A stretch of DNA of 64,000 bases, taken from NCBI GenBank assembly GCA_964016885.1, contig OZ024741.1:293942001-294006000 (forward strand), written 5' to 3'. This document shows positions 26,573 to 38,390 of the stretch, in pieces. Made by a program: the position numbers and the translations under genes. The notes below the pieces were generated by a model that was given only the letters and a program-made list of their open reading frames with translations, made no database searches and was not told the DNA's origin. The DNA comes from Eledone cirrhosa. Taxonomy: Eukaryota. Positions within the stretch are counted from its first letter, which is position 1, and every line of letters begins with the position of its first letter.

Positions 26573-26670
26573 TCTTCTTCTTCTTCTTCTTCTTCTTCTT
26601 CTTCTTCTTCTTCTTCTTCTTCTTCTTCTTCTTCTTCTTCTTCTTCTTCTTCTTCTTCTTCTTCTTCTTC
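26573..26670. repeat. (TTC)n microsatellite
   Basis: About 32 perfect units. Confidence 0.97.
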
Positions 26671-27344
26671 CTCTGTTGTTGAGGATAGGATTGACATCTT
26701 TACACTCTGTGCCTTGTCACACACTGTGTCCTCAGAATCTCCCTGGGAATTATTATAAGTGTCTGTGGCATACTGAACTACTTACACATTACTCCATTGA
26801 CTGAATAATTAAACCAGTCATCATCTGAACCATCACAACTCCATTCCAAGTGTCATAAGATAGTAGAAAGAAAATTACTAAGCTGCCGTTTATGACATGA
26901 GACAACAACGTTGTTCTCTGCTTACATCTATCTTCACTAATAAACAAATATTATTGATGACACGTTTTAATCTAATAGAGACTAACTCAACTTTCTCAAT
27001 TATATATTTCTTCTTTGATCTTGAGAAATTTACTAAAGTTATATACATATATATATATATATATATACTCACATACACATATATTTATATATATAAACAC
27101 ACATGCAACCACGTATCTATAGGTGTGGATGTGTCTGGAGCATTGAGAAGACAGACATTTCAAATAAAGTGTCATTGTTCAATCTTTAATTTCTTTACCA
27201 TAAATTCTGACATAAAATAATTTCTTGTCTTCTTTCTATGTGCCACTATCATTTTCTGTTGTTCTCTCTAATAACTCCATTGTTGTTGGACCTCCCTTGG
27301 TTCTGGTGATGAGTTTACCCATAGCCCAAAGACCAGAATAGCAT

Positions 27345-27560
27345 CTACGTGAAGTTAACATGTAAGTGACTGAGCATTCCACATACATGCATACCTTTAA
27401 CATAATTCTGATTTACAGATAAAAAACTCATTTATTTCAGCTTAGTGGACTGGAGCAATGTAAAATATAATGTCTTTCTCTAGGACACAGCATGCTGTCA
27501 GGAATGAAACTTATGACCTTACAATTGTGAACTGAATACCCTAACCATTAAGCCATGCAT
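27345..27560 (-). mobile_element. Diverged CORE-like SINE
   Basis: cagcttagtggactggagcaatg...aggacaca...ctaaccattaagccat resembles the family 2 head and core. Confidence 0.55.
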
Positions 27561-27569
27561 GTTGACGTA

Positions 27570-27905
27570 TATCATCATCACCATCACTTTTTACCATCTA
27601 TTTTCCATGCTTAAGGCTAAATGAATCCAGTGATCATGTATTTCTAGGACCCGCTCTTTTGACTTTGTTTCTACAGCCAGATATCCTTCCTAATGCCAAC
27701 CACTTTAAAACATGTAATGGGAGAATTTTATTAGGACTACAGGACAACCACCTTACAGACTGGACTGGGTGCTTTTTGTTGTGGGACCAACACTACTACC
27801 TTACAGAGTTGACTAGGTGCTTTTTGTCGTAGCATCAATGCACCCACCTTACTGAGTGGACTGTGTGCTTTTTTGTTGTGGCACCAGCACTGCCACTTTA
27901 CAGAG
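27570..27905 (-). mobile_element. RTE 3'UTR fragment with ~48-bp tandem units
   Basis: (CAT)n tail, ctacagccagatatccttcctaat block, repeated ttacagagt.gact.ggtgctttttgt units. Confidence 0.7.
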
Positions 27906-28050
27906 TCTAATATATTCATCCATACATATGCGCATATCTCATAAACGTTAGATGTTGTTCTCCAACTTGTTTAGGAGTAACTCCTATATAAGAGCTGGCT
28001 CAGACCATGATACACAGTTTAACATATGCCTCCAAGGCAAACGAAAGTAA

Positions 28051-28253
28051 AATTATGTTTCTGATTTTAGGCACAAGTATAACAATTAGGGGAGAGGGGA
28101 AAGTTGATTAAAATGACGCCAGAGCATTACTGTTACTCCGTAAGGATAAAGGGCAAAGTTAACTTTTGGTGGGATTTGAACTCAGAATATAAAGGGCCGT
28201 AACTCTATGCCACAAAGAATGTTGTCCGATGCTCTACCAATACTGCCAATTCA
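28051..28253 (-). mobile_element. SINE family 1, diverged
   Basis: ggatttgaactc (B box reverse complement) and tactgccaat (A box reverse complement). Confidence 0.78.
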
Positions 28254-29031
28254 TAACCCTTTATGATAATGTTAATAATGATGATGAGGATGACGCAAAA
28301 AGACAGAAAATCAAAGTGACCGAAAATCAAGGTAAATATGAATGTCTCTAAACTTGCCTGAAGAATGATTTTTACATCCAAGGTAGACTTTAGACTTTAA
28401 ATATGATAAAACTTTTAAAGATTCATACCTCACATCAGAATTTTATGGCTATCTTCATCTAGAGTTTGTGAAGAAAGAAATTTCATGAATATATTAAAAT
28501 TCTTATATAACAAAAATGATATCTAAGAAAAAAAGAGAGAAATAAATAAAACAAGAAAACAAAAAATCTCTAAAGGAACAAACAAAACAACAACATTGCT
28601 AAATCTTTTGATACTCTTGAATAGAAAAATGTTTATATATTTACTTAATGAACAAAGATTTTCATGAAAATGTTTCACCTAGATTTTTGTGTTTGTTTTC
28701 AACAGAATTTCTTTATAGCTTTTTTTTTATTCCTTGCAGTAGTTTTTTTAAATGATTTTATTATTTCTATTATTATTTTTTATCTTTTTATGTTACTGTT
28801 TTATTTTTATTTATTTATTTGTTTGTTTTAGTTTTATTTCCCGATTACCCACCACCAAACACATCTATTGCATTAACCACAAACATAAAATGTGGTGTCT
28901 CTTGGGTATAAAGTGATATAATGATGATACAAACTTCAGTTCAGAGTATATTCTTTGTGTGTGTGCGTGTTAGACATTTTTGTTTGTTTGTTTTTCCATC
29001 GCTTATTCAGTTTTAGCATATTTTTAAACAT

Positions 29032-29081
<50 letters not shown>

Positions 29082-29221
29082 AGTACATATTCACAGAAAT
29101 ACACACACATATACATATTTATACACATATTTGTTGAAGTTATGTAGGTTATAAAGCTATCAAACTATTCCTTTGATGGAAAGAACAAAAAATAACAATA
29201 ATGCTTGCACACACAAACATG

Positions 29222-29350
<129 letters not shown>

Positions 29351-29964
29351 TATACATACACATAGAAAATGTTCTTCCATTTTGTTTTCCAATCATTAAG
29401 TTTCTTTTTATATATTTTACTAATAAAATTTCAATTCTTAACACAGGAAGATTTAAACAAAACAGCTTTGGAAGTGATGTCAGATTTTATTTTATTAAAA
29501 TCTGAAAAGATGTTCAGAAAAAAGATACAAAATATGTTTAGAAATAATATACTACATTCTGACAGTTTAACGATAACATTGCAAAATTTCACACTTCATA
29601 TTTTCTCCTTAAATTGAATTTACTAACTGAGCTAAATGTTTGATCCATTGGATATGATTAATAATTCTCAATATATCTTTATTTCATAAGCTCTCTATTC
29701 ACAAAGTAAATTAATTGATGCACTTTTGTACTAGATATATCTAAGTAATTCCCTGTCAACAAAATCTCCATAGTTTAAATACACAGCAAGTTTCAAATAC
29801 CCGAATGGCGAAATGTCAGTAGAAGGACTCCTAGCAGTCAAGACTTAGATGTGGCCCAGCCCCTTTAGAGCGTAAGAAGTTAAGGGCTGAAAGTCTTGCT
29901 TAATGTTGGTTTCTTCTCTGAAGACCATCTACTGACCAGCTCTCCTGGCAGTTGGGCACTTTAT

Positions 29965-31995
29965 ATTAAGGCCAAAAAGCAGGCTTGGAAAGTATGGCGG
30001 GATGGGGGAAGTAGAGAAGACTATCAAGTGGCCAGGAGGGAAGCTAGGAGACAAGTGTACTTAGCAAGAAGGGAAGCTGAGGAAAGAAAGTTCAAGCATG
30101 TTCTACAACGCGATGACCAAAAACGTGAGGTGTTCAGGATTGCTAGGCAATGCGTCAAGGAAAACCGTGATATTGTCGGGGAGAAGTGTGTACTAAACGA
30201 CGATGGCACACTTGCCATCACCGACGCCGATAAGAAGGTAGCTTGGAAGTGTCACTATGAAAGGCTACTAAATGAGGAGAATAAATGGGAGAAAGACAGT
30301 CTCCCCCATATCGACCCAATATAGGGACCAGCAGTGTTAGTCGAGGGGAGTATAATAAGTAAGGCAATCAAGGATATGAAGACGAGTAAGGCGGCTGGGC
30401 CTTCGGAAATAGTTGCTGAGATGCTGAAGGCATCTGGCACGGTGGGACACACCATGGTCACCCGCATAGTTAACCAAGTCGTACAGAATGGGGTTGTTCC
30501 GAAGGACTGGCATAGCAGCATCATCGTTAACTGTTATAAGGGTAAAGGAGACGCCCTAGATAGGAGTAACTATAGAGGCATTAAATTAATCGACCAGGTC
30601 ATGAAGGTCACGGAAAAAGTAATAGCGCAACTAATCAGAGAGAGAATTGACCTAGATGAAATGCAGTTCGGGTTTGTGTCAGGCAAAAGTACCACAGACG
30701 CTCTTTTCATAGTACGACAACTACAGGAGAAGTACCTAGCTAAAGGTAAACCCCTCTACTTAGCTTTTGTCGACTTGGAGAAAGCCTTCGACAGAGTCCC
30801 CCGCTCCATTATCTGGTGGGCTCTTAGAAAACTAGGCGTTGACGAATGGCTTGTGAGGGCTATACAAGCCATGTATAAAGAAACAGTCAGCAAGGTTAGA
30901 ATTAACAACGAATATAGTGAAGAGTTTAGCGTAAAAGTTGGCATCCATCAGGGCTCTGTTCTCAGCCCCCTACTATTTATTATTGCCCTTCAGGCTATAA
31001 CAGAGGAGTTCAAGACAGGCTGCCCATGGGAACTCCTATACGCAGACGACCTGACACTCATAGCGGAATCAATGGCCGAGCTAGAGAAGAAATTCCAAAC
31101 ATGGAAGCACGGCCTAGAGTCGAAAGGACTTAAAATTAACCTGGCTAAGACCAAAGTACTAGTTTGTAGGAAAGAAAACAAGGCGGCGGTCCCTTCTGGG
31201 AAATGGTCGTGCTCGGTGTGTAGGAAAGGCGTAGGTAGAAACTCCATTTTATGTCCTAAATGCAAAGTATGGGTGCATAAAAGATGTAGTGGGATCACAG
31301 GTAAGCTAACTAAGAACATAGATTTTACATGTGGCCGGTGTTCTGGTGCAATAAGTAGCAGCAAGTGGCCACAAAATACTAGCTCTTTCAATTGCGCAGA
31401 GGGTTCTATAGAAATAGTGGACAGCTTCCGTTACCTGGGCGATAAAATCAGCAGTGGGGGAGGGTGCTCTGAAAGTACTGTAGCTAGAGTCAGAACTGGT
31501 TGGAAAAAGTTCAGAGAGCTTATACCACTATTAGCTGCTAAAGGGTTCTCCCTAAAAATGAAAGGCAGGTTGTACGATGCCTGCATACGAACAGCAATGC
31601 TGCATGGCAGTGAGACCTGGGCATTGTGTGCAGAGGATATACGCAGACTAGAGAGGAACGAAGCTTGCATGCTCCGCTGGATGTGTAACAGTAATATACG
31701 TGAACGGCAAAGCATAAACGAACTAAGGAAAAAATTAGAGATAAGAGGGATCAGATGTTGTTTACTCGAGAGAAGGCTACGTTGGTATGGACACGTGATG
31801 CGCATGAAAGTCGATAGCTGTATAACAAAGTGCAGGGCAATAAAGATAGACGGTAGTCACGGAATAGGCAGACCTAGAAAAACCTGGGACGAGCTGATAA
31901 ACTCCGACATCACACACTTACACCTCTCCAAGACAATGTCACTGGACCGAGACCTTTGGCGGTACTCAGTAACAGAGAAGACCCGCCTTACCTAA
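29965..31995 (+). pseudogene. RTE reverse transcriptase ORF remnant (one in-frame TAG at 30322-30324; 553 aa open downstream) with internal C4HC3 finger
   Basis: ORFs 29896-30324 and 30334-31995 share a frame (DPI*GPA vs DPTEGPA in A); NYRGIKL, QFGF, DLEKAFD, QGSVLSP, YADD, FRYLG. Confidence 0.92.
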
Positions 31996-32394
31996 ATATA
32001 TAGTAAAACCTACTCCAGCCAGTAGGCATCTCTAACAAAATACACCCCGTCCCACCACCACCACCCCCACCCCATCCACACCACCCCGTTCTATGTAAAG
32101 TTATGTTGGTGCCGCGCCATCGAGGCCGAAACAAATGAGATCGTGTAGGTGTCACGACAAAAAAACACACAGTCCACGCTGTAATGTGGCTGTGTAGGCA
32201 ACACGGTAAAAACCTCCCAGACCCACACTGTAAACGTGGTTGGTGTTAGGAAGGGCATCCAACTGTAGAAAACCTGCCAGACAGTCCTATGCGAGCAAGA
32301 CAATCACTCTTGCCTCAAGTGGAACTACCCCCGTCCAAACCCATGCAAGCGTGGAACACGGACGTTAAACGTTGATGATGATGATGATGATGAT
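29965..32394 (+). mobile_element. RTE LINE subfamily C, 5'-truncated (no endonuclease)
   Basis: Longest copy; RT, C-terminal domain, ~380-nt 3'UTR and (TGA)n tail. Confidence 0.95.
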
Positions 32395-32414
32395 ATACTT
32401 TTCATCTACTTGTA

Positions 32415-32768
32415 GTTATGAATGTGCGATTAGGAAAGTAGGTTCACAACCAAATGGTCTTCGGTTTTATCCCACTGTTTAGTACCATGTGCTAATGTCT
32501 TCTGCTACAATCTCTGGTCCACCACTGCATTGCAAATAAATCTAGTGGATGGAAACTGTAAGGAAGTCTATTGTTAGTAAATATATATACATATATATAT
32601 ATATATGTGTGTGTGGTTGGTATTAAGAAGGGCATCCAACCATAGATAATCTGCCAGATAGTCCTATATGAGCGAGACATGATCACCTGACCAATCTTAC
32701 CTCAAATGAGACAATTCCCATCTAACCCATGCTAGCGTGGAAGATAGACCTTAAACGATGATGATGAT
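32415..32768 (+). mobile_element. Diverged SINE-like head/core followed by an RTE-type 3' tail
   Basis: Degenerate head and gtcttctgctaca core, then ggttggtattaagaagggcatcc...cccatgctagcgtggaag...(GAT)n. Confidence 0.55.
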
Positions 32769-32784
32769 GTTTGTTGGGCATTAT

Positions 32785-32962
32785 TTGGCAGTATTGGTAG
32801 GGGGTCAGACGCCATGCTTTCCAGCATAGTTACGTCCCTTTACAGTCTGAGTTCAAATCCCGTTGAGGTTAACTTTGCTTTTCATCCTTACGGGGACGAT
32901 AAAATAAAGTACCAGTAATGCACTGAGTAATTTATGGCCTTTTGCCAAAAGTAGAAACAATT
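32785..32962 (+). mobile_element. SINE family 1
   Basis: Close match to 23575-23750. Confidence 0.88.
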
Positions 32963-32968
32963 ATATCT

Positions 32969-33000
<32 letters not shown>

Positions 33001-34084
33001 GTGTGTGTGTATATCAATGAATGCATAAATGTATCTATCTATATATAATATAATACACATTGTGAGGTATTTTTTCCCATAAAATATAAAATACTGATCC
33101 TCTAGATAACATGTGTAAGTATTTAGTTTGAAATTATTCTCTATTTTAACATTTTAACCTTGGTTAATATTTTTAAAAAATCATATTAGAAAGTGTTTTT
33201 TATAATTTTAAACACATTGTCGGATTTTTTTTTAAATGCCCATATATGGTAAAGGAAAATGGAACAGGACTCATCCATTGCTTATAATTACCTCATAATA
33301 TTCCTTGCTCTTTCCATCATTTCTTGTGTTTTCATATCTCCTTCATTGGTAGATTTTAAAGAAAATCACCATTAAAATAACCATTAAGGATGCTTCCAGC
33401 TTATTTGATCAGCAGAAGCTTAAAATAGCATACACCCTATATATATATATATAATATTCTTAGAGTGGAAGATGGACGTTAAACGATGATGATGATGATG
33501 ATAATATTATTACCATCTTCTAATGCTAAGTAGTTGATGTATAAATGGAAGACATTTAATTGGATGCTTTCAGGCTACCATAGATTTTGTTCTGTAAGAA
33601 GTTTTTAAATTGTTAAATTTAGTCTAAGGTGATCTTTCTGTTGCCTTTGTTTTTTGTTTTTTTTCTTTTTTAATTTAGTTTTTATAATTATAATTTTTTA
33701 TTATTTCGTAAAAAGAATTGCTTTTTTGTTAATTCTCCCAATAGAAAATATAGTTGTATCTTTTCAAAGAAAATTTCTAAGTGTATAGCTGTCTGAGTTT
33801 ATATTTTGTGTGTATAGGGCTTCAAGAGAAAAGAAGAATTGTTCTTATAACATTTCCAATATTGAATTGTTTCTGTGATCAATGTACTTCATTCTGACCA
33901 GTGATTCCCAAATGGAAGTTGCATAGTTCACAGTGAAGGAATTCAAACTGAGAAAGAGTAGTGCACATTGTGTATATATGTCCAATGAATCATGAATTTA
34001 CAGTTAATATATTTACATATATATATGACCTATTAATACATTCATTTATATAACAATTCATATATACACATTATATAAATTGGA

Positions 34085-34410
34085 AGACCTTTTTTGTCAT
34101 GAATGACCATGGAATTTGCACTTAGAAAGTTCCCCATTGAGGCACAAATCTGGAAAAGGCTGTTAGTGGAAGACTAGCTGTCACCCATGCATTCCAGTCT
34201 CCCCTCTCCACACCACCAATGTTATCCAAGGGAAAAAGCAATGGCCGATTCAGCTTGGCAGCAGTGACAATGCAGTTCATTTCTACAGCTGAGTAAACTG
34301 GAGCAACGTAAAAAAATGTGTCTTGCTCAAGGACACAATGCATCATCCAGTTTAGGAATTGAACTCACAACCTCCCGATTGCAAGCCCTACACTCTAACC
34401 ACTAAACCAT
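34085..34410 (-). mobile_element. SINE family 2 (tRNA head + CORE-like domain)
   Basis: Reverse complement: A-box tggtttagtgg, B-box gagttcaattcc, gtgtccttgagcaagacac. Confidence 0.8.
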
Positions 34411-34455
34411 ATATATATATATATATTGTTATATATTGTTATATTTGGGGAGGGT

Positions 34456-34637
34456 GGATTGGCAGTATCGGTAGAGGGTTAAACACCATACTTTGATGTA
34501 TAGAGTTACGGCCCTTGCCATTCTGAGTTCAAATCCTGCCGAAGTTAACTTTGCCTTTCATCCTATGGGGTCGATGAAATAAAGTAGCAGTAATGCACTG
34601 AGTAATTGCTGGCCTTGTGCCAAAAGTAGAAACAGTC
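34456..34637 (+). mobile_element. SINE family 1 nested in the LTR-like repeat, 15-bp TSD
   Basis: atatttggggagggt at 34441-34455 and 34638-34652. Confidence 0.9.
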
Positions 34638-35520
34638 ATATTTGGGGAGGGTCATATTGTGATAAAACACATTCACTGTTTGATTTGGGTTGTTTTTCCT
34701 TTCTATATATTTTATATCCCTATAGTTAATTTAGCTGGCAATCAATGTTTATCATTGATTGACCAACTGTTAAAAATATAGATATAAATATATCAAAGTT
34801 CTTTCATCAAAGTTCTTTCATCACACACCTGTTACATAGTAAAATCGTCGCTGAGTGAAATTTGTAATGTTTTTGAAAATGCCATGTGTCAATGCATTTT
34901 AAGATCACATGCTATATTCATCAACCCAGAATAAGATAGCTATGACAACATCAACGAAAATAACAATTATGTCATCTAAACGTATATTAAAGCAACTCAA
35001 ACCCAGTAATATGCTCTCCCTCCTCTTTTTCACCTAACATGAACATGCAATTGTGACTTAGGATGGCTACTTGCAACTGGCCATTTTAGCCAGCCAAACA
35101 CAGACAGAAGCTGTCTAAGTTTTTAACCTTTCTGCACACAAACATTCATTCTGTGATACATCACATTCATAAAAATTTCATCACATTCAGATGCATAAAC
35201 ATTATCACAACAAAATACTCTTTTTCATGTTTAGAATTATATTTTTTGTGAACTCTGTAAATCAATGTAATGTAATATGGTTTTGTTGCATTCCATGTCT
35301 AAAATAAATATGTAATTAGCAGTATATCTCCTTGTTGGTCTTTATCGCTTTCCATACTTCAATCACAAATCAACACATATATGACACATGACAAACACCA
35401 GACAACTAACATTTCTATTAAATTTATATGTGTATATGCACACCACTTCTAAAACTAAATCCAGTTCATCAGCCTCAAAAAGCACACATTCATGACAACT
35501 CATCTGAAATGATTGTAAAA

Positions 35521-35752
35521 CATCATCATCATCATCATCATCATCATCATTTTACGTCCGCTTTCCCTGCTTGCAAGGGTGGGACAGGTCCTTTTCAGCA
35601 CAGCATCTTTCCATTCGTCATGGTCCTTCGTCATCTCCTCTGTGAGTTTCAGCAGAGATCTAAGGTCAGCTCTCACCACCTCCACCCATGATTTTCATGG
35701 TCTTCCTCTACTGCATCTTCCTTTCACTGGGATTTCTTGGCACTTCTTTACT
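35521..35752 (-). mobile_element. RTE subfamily A 3' fragment
   Basis: EVVRADLRS...PTLASRE; (CAT)n tail. Confidence 0.88.
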
Positions 35753-35774
35753 ATATGATTGATGGCTGAGAGAA

Positions 35775-35951
35775 AAGAGTACTCAGTACCGAAGTAGAGT
35801 TTTAATAAGGCTAAATAGTGAGTCTCATTATTCTGGAGATTCACTTGCTTGTTTATCACAAGGTCATTAGATAAGAACTTCTTGTCTCATGCCCCTGTGA
35901 TAAACAGGTGAAACTCCAGAGTAACAAGACTCACTATTTAGCCTTAATAAA
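35775..35951. mobile_element. Degenerate Penelope-like hairpin with decayed hammerheads
   Basis: Arms ~35801-35875 / 35881-35951; cttgt-CTCATGC-ccctg..caggt-GAAAC-tccaga-GTA-acaag; the other arm gives CTAATGA. Confidence 0.6.
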
Positions 35952-36347
35952 ATGATTATATGTGTGTATGTGTGTGTGGTGTTTAAAAATGTAAAAAATC
36001 TCAAATACCAGAAAATACTCATAAACACAGCTTTAGAAAATCATGTAAAATACCTCTATAGACAGAAAAAGTGAGCAGCAGGCACTACAGAGAATCAAAC
36101 TCTATACCTCTCAAATTCTGCTGGCTGAGCACTCTGTACTATTACAACTCAATGATACAGTTATGTATATATATACATAAAGCAGAATACACGAACATTA
36201 CATATAAGATATGGATATTTTATTACTAGATTTACCACACATTGTTGATGACAATTACTGAAGTTAGTCTCTGCGGCTGGATCCTAAATGTACCTCATGT
36301 TTATTGGTTCATTTCTTCCCCAACCGTATAATGGTCTATTTTTGTAA

Positions 36348-36411
<64 letters not shown>

Positions 36412-37054
36412 ATATATATATATGTGTGTGTTTCTATGTTAATGTACATGTGTTTGTGTGTATATATGTGCACATATATATGAAATAAATGCATCAGTAG
36501 CAAAAATGTTCAATAGTACAAACACAAATGAATGAAAAGGACATTCTTTTCTTATTTCTTGGATCTTTTAGTGCAGTGTGTAATATTCTCTTTGTGTGTG
36601 CCTGTGGTTATGTGTGTGTGTGTGTGTTTGTGTAAGTATGTCAGTTTGGGCTTATGTGTTTGAGGGCTTGTCTGTGTGTATGTATGTCAGTGTGTGTGTA
36701 TTTATGTTTGGACTTATGTGCTTGAGGGTGTGTGTCTGTCTATGTGTATGTCTTTGAGGCTTTTCTGTGTGTGTGTGTGTGTATGTCTCTGTCTGTTTGT
36801 GTGTATGTCTGTGTCTGTGTCTGTCTGTGTGTGAAGTGTTTTAAAGCCCTCATCTATTGGTTACATCAGTGTTCAGAGTTGATATTCCCAAGTAGCAGAA
36901 CCAATTTTTCTCACATCTATCAAAGTTAATATCTCAATTCACCAACCACTCTGTTCTACCCCCTCTCTCTCTCTTCATATCTTTCCCTCTTCTCCCCCCC
37001 CCCACCACTTTCTCTTCTCTGTCTCATTTTATTTCTCTCTCTCCTCATATTCTA

Positions 37055-37335
37055 TCTCCCCATCATCCTCCCTGCCTCTCTCCATCATCCTCCCTGCCTC
37101 TTTCCATCACCCTCCCTACCTCTCTCCATCATGCTTCCTGCCTCTCTCCATCTCCCTCCCTGCCTCTCTCCATCACCCTCCCTGCCTCTCTCCATCACCC
37201 TCCCTGCCTCTCTCCATCTCCCTCCCTGCTTCTCTCCATCTCCCTTCCTGCTTCTCTCCATCACCCTCCCTGCCTCTCTCCATCTCCCTCCCTGCTTCTC
37301 TCCATCTCCCTTCCTGCCTCTCTCCATCTCCCTCT
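37055..37335. repeat. CT-rich minisatellite (22-26-bp units, ctccctgcctctctccatcacc)
   Basis: About 11 degenerate tandem units. Confidence 0.88.
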
Positions 37336-38012
37336 TCCTCTTCTCTATCCCTCTAGCTCTCTCTCTCTCTCCATCTCTACTCCCCACTCTCCTCCTCATC
37401 TCCCCACCACAACAACAGCCACACAAGAAGCAGATTCTCAAGACAATATATTGCTGCAAGCAGAAAACAATCAAAGCTGCCAGGAGCCGGGAGCTGGAAG
37501 CTGGGATAAAGCAATTTAATCAACTTAAACATCAAATAGAAACCTTTTCTTTTGTTCTCTTTTAATACACAGATCCTAAAAGGTAGGTAGTAGCAATGCA
37601 GAAGGAATGGCTCGTTATCTGCCACAAAGCCATATATGACAAGATTAAAATAATAAGATCAACCACAGTAATTAGCAATTTCAAATACTTGAAATGATTA
37701 CACTGGATAAGTTATCACTTCAGAAATGTAGCTTAATTCTCCAGTGTGTTTACTTCTTGTTTATTCAACAGACTCTAGAGAATGGCTACTTAACAGTACG
37801 AATCACTTGTCCCTTTCTTTGTTCTTCATTTGGTTTGTTTTGAGTTGTTTAGTTTGTTTCTTTGTTTTTGTTTTGTATTGTTTTTCTTCAATAGGAAACA
37901 GGTTTTAGTAAATATTGTTAAGTCTAATAGAAAAATGCAATTGTCGAAGCAGAAGAGCTTTTGAAATCTGTTGCAAATATCTGGATTGTCCTTGACCAAA
38001 CATTTGGCTACA

Positions 38013-38390
38013 TTTTCTAAATGAGTTTCTTCAAGTCAGCAGACTTTCTTCACAAGTTCCTAAGAGTAGATAAATAAACTGATATTTACATCAAAATTAG
38101 TACAGTAAACTATTTGAAGATGCTCTGATAAATTGTTGCTTTCTTTTCATTAGAGTCACAAAGACTGTATATTGTTTTGTAGTTGGGAGAAATACTATGT
38201 ATTTGGATATTTGTGACTACAATTTCTAAATGAGTTTTTTTTTTTTTTTAAATTAGTAGACTTCCTCACAAGTTCCAAAGAATAGATAAACAAATTGAGA
38301 TTTGCAATATAATTAGTACAGCAAACTATCTGAAAATGCTCTGATAATGTTATGCTTTCTTTTTCGCTAAAGTTACAAAGGCTGTATATA
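38013..38390. repeat. Old direct duplication, ~165-bp units, ~210-bp period
   Basis: tttctaaatgagttt...cacaagttcc...aattagtacag...atgctctgataa...ctgtatat occurs twice. Confidence 0.75.

Noticed and set aside
27700-27905. Regular ~48-bp repeats resembling a CRISPR array
   Set aside because: Whole units are degenerate copies with no unique spacers; they are part of an RTE 3'UTR in a eukaryotic context with no cas genes.
37085-37565. Repetitive ORFs on both strands
   Set aside because: Products of the CT-rich minisatellite.
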